A program made the translations under genes and the position numbers. Below the pieces are notes generated by a model, which saw only the letters and a program-made list of their open reading frames with translations, did not search any database and was not told the DNA's origin. A stretch of DNA of 64,000 bases. Source: Candidatus Woesearchaeota archaeon (GTDB taxonomy: Archaea; Nanobdellota; Nanobdellia; Pacearchaeales; GW2011-AR1). Shown in pieces: positions 63,488 through 64,000 of this stretch. Within the stretch, counting starts at the first letter, position 1; each line of letters opens with the position of its first letter. The stretch is taken from assembly GCA_964363345.1 (NCBI GenBank), contig CAYIHY010000001.1, positions 7,483-71,482 on the forward strand. The letters are read 5' to 3'.

Positions 63488-64000
63488 TTACGTCTTCATG
63501 AACTTTCTGAATGCGGGATTCATATCTGTCTGATGCTGCTGAACAATGTTCTGATAGAACTGGAAGAATATCATGATTACCAAAAGAATCGCTGTTCCGG
63601 AAACTAACGCGCCCATAAGGTTTGTCACCGACGCCAAAAGCCCAATTGCAATTCCACCCATCACTGTTAACGGCATTACATATCTTTCAAGTATGCTTTC
63701 TAAAACTCTTTCATCCTGTCTGAATCCTGCGATTTGCAATCCGGATGCTGTAATTTTGTGCGCCTGCGCTTTAGCATCCATTCCAGAAGTTTTAACCCAG
63801 AAGACAGCGAATACCGTCGACAAAACAACATAAATAAATGTGTGAGTCAATCCCTGAAGAAGATATTTAGGCAAAAGTCCGCCTCTGATTATTAATTCTA
63901 AAAGATTGCTTGAACCCATCCAGAATGATAATCCTGAAACTGGCTGTCCGTTTATGAAGTGTCCTAAAAATCCAAAGTATGATGCAAATTTAGCGACGCC
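63488..64000 (-). CDS. secY: Preprotein translocase SecY, C-terminal part (the gene continues beyond the window end)
   Basis: The reading frame stays open through base 64000 (...GVAKFASYFGFLGHFINGQPVSGLSFWMGSSNLLELIIRGG...); C-terminal TM8-TM10 region ends ...MNPAFRKFMKT. Confidence 0.8.
   Translation of the reverse strand, partial: GVAKFASYFGFLGHFINGQPVSGLSFWMGSSNLLELIIRGGLLPKYLLQGLTHTFIYVVLSTVFAVFWVKTSGMDAKAQAHKITASGLQIAGFRQDERVLESILERYVMPLTVMGGIAIGLLASVTNLMGALVSGTAILLVIMIFFQFYQNIVQQHQTDMNPAFRKFMKT

Noticed and set aside
1-64000. CRISPR arrays, IS elements/transposases, integrases and rRNA genes.
   Set aside because: No regularly spaced direct repeats, no DDE/serine/tyrosine recombinase-like ORFs, no terminal inverted repeats flanking any block, and no rRNA-like conserved stretches were seen. 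The island looks chromosomal and contiguous with housekeeping genes (secY, prefoldin, DUF106).

Overview
This is an AT-rich (roughly 30% GC), very gene-dense window that appears archaeal. Evidence for an archaeal origin: an oligosaccharyltransferase with a WWDYG motif (AglB/STT3, 53852..56653), a SecY C-terminus running off the right edge (63488..64000), a DUF106 (EMC3/YidC-like) protein, prefoldin alpha, an eIF-2B-like (e2b2) protein, and TTTAWATA boxes ~20-35 bp upstream of several start codons, which suggests leaderless transcripts. The base composition and coding density fit a small-genome, DPANN-like archaeon, but I cannot confirm that without a search. Almost the whole 64 kb is one surface-glycan / N-glycosylation island. 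It holds a Wzx-like flippase, about 9 glycosyltransferases (GT2, GT4/GT1-clan, GT9, a GT39/83-like PMT/ArnT-type enzyme and AglH/MraY-like AglH), and three nucleotide-sugar branches. The GDP branch has Gmd, cupin FdtA-like proteins, a DegT aminotransferase and a C-methyltransferase. The dTDP branch has RmlA, RmlB and a TylF-like O-methyltransferase. The ADP-heptose branch has an HldE-like kinase, three cytidylyltransferase-like (HldC) domains and a HAD phosphatase. It also has an AsnB-type amidotransferase and a QueC-like PP-loop enzyme. The striking feature is six cobalamin-binding radical SAM proteins. Two of them sit in tandem, and one is fused to a DegT aminotransferase. A second co-directional operon (12209..18431) encodes a CDP-alcohol phosphatidyltransferase, an IPCT-like nucleotidyltransferase, a MOFRL kinase, an SDR, a DHQS-like sugar-phosphate cyclase fused to a VOC domain, and a type-I GAPDH-like protein. 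I read this as a candidate pathway for a CDP-activated cyclitol or polyol phosphate. I found no rRNA, tRNA, CRISPR array or transposase. The clearest non-coding features are operator-like palindromes (TGTTAAGT-N9/10-ACTTAACA, two copies) in the 25.7-26.0 kb intergenic region and a duplicated 20-bp motif upstream of two genes. All functional calls come from motif recognition in the supplied translations; no database search was possible.
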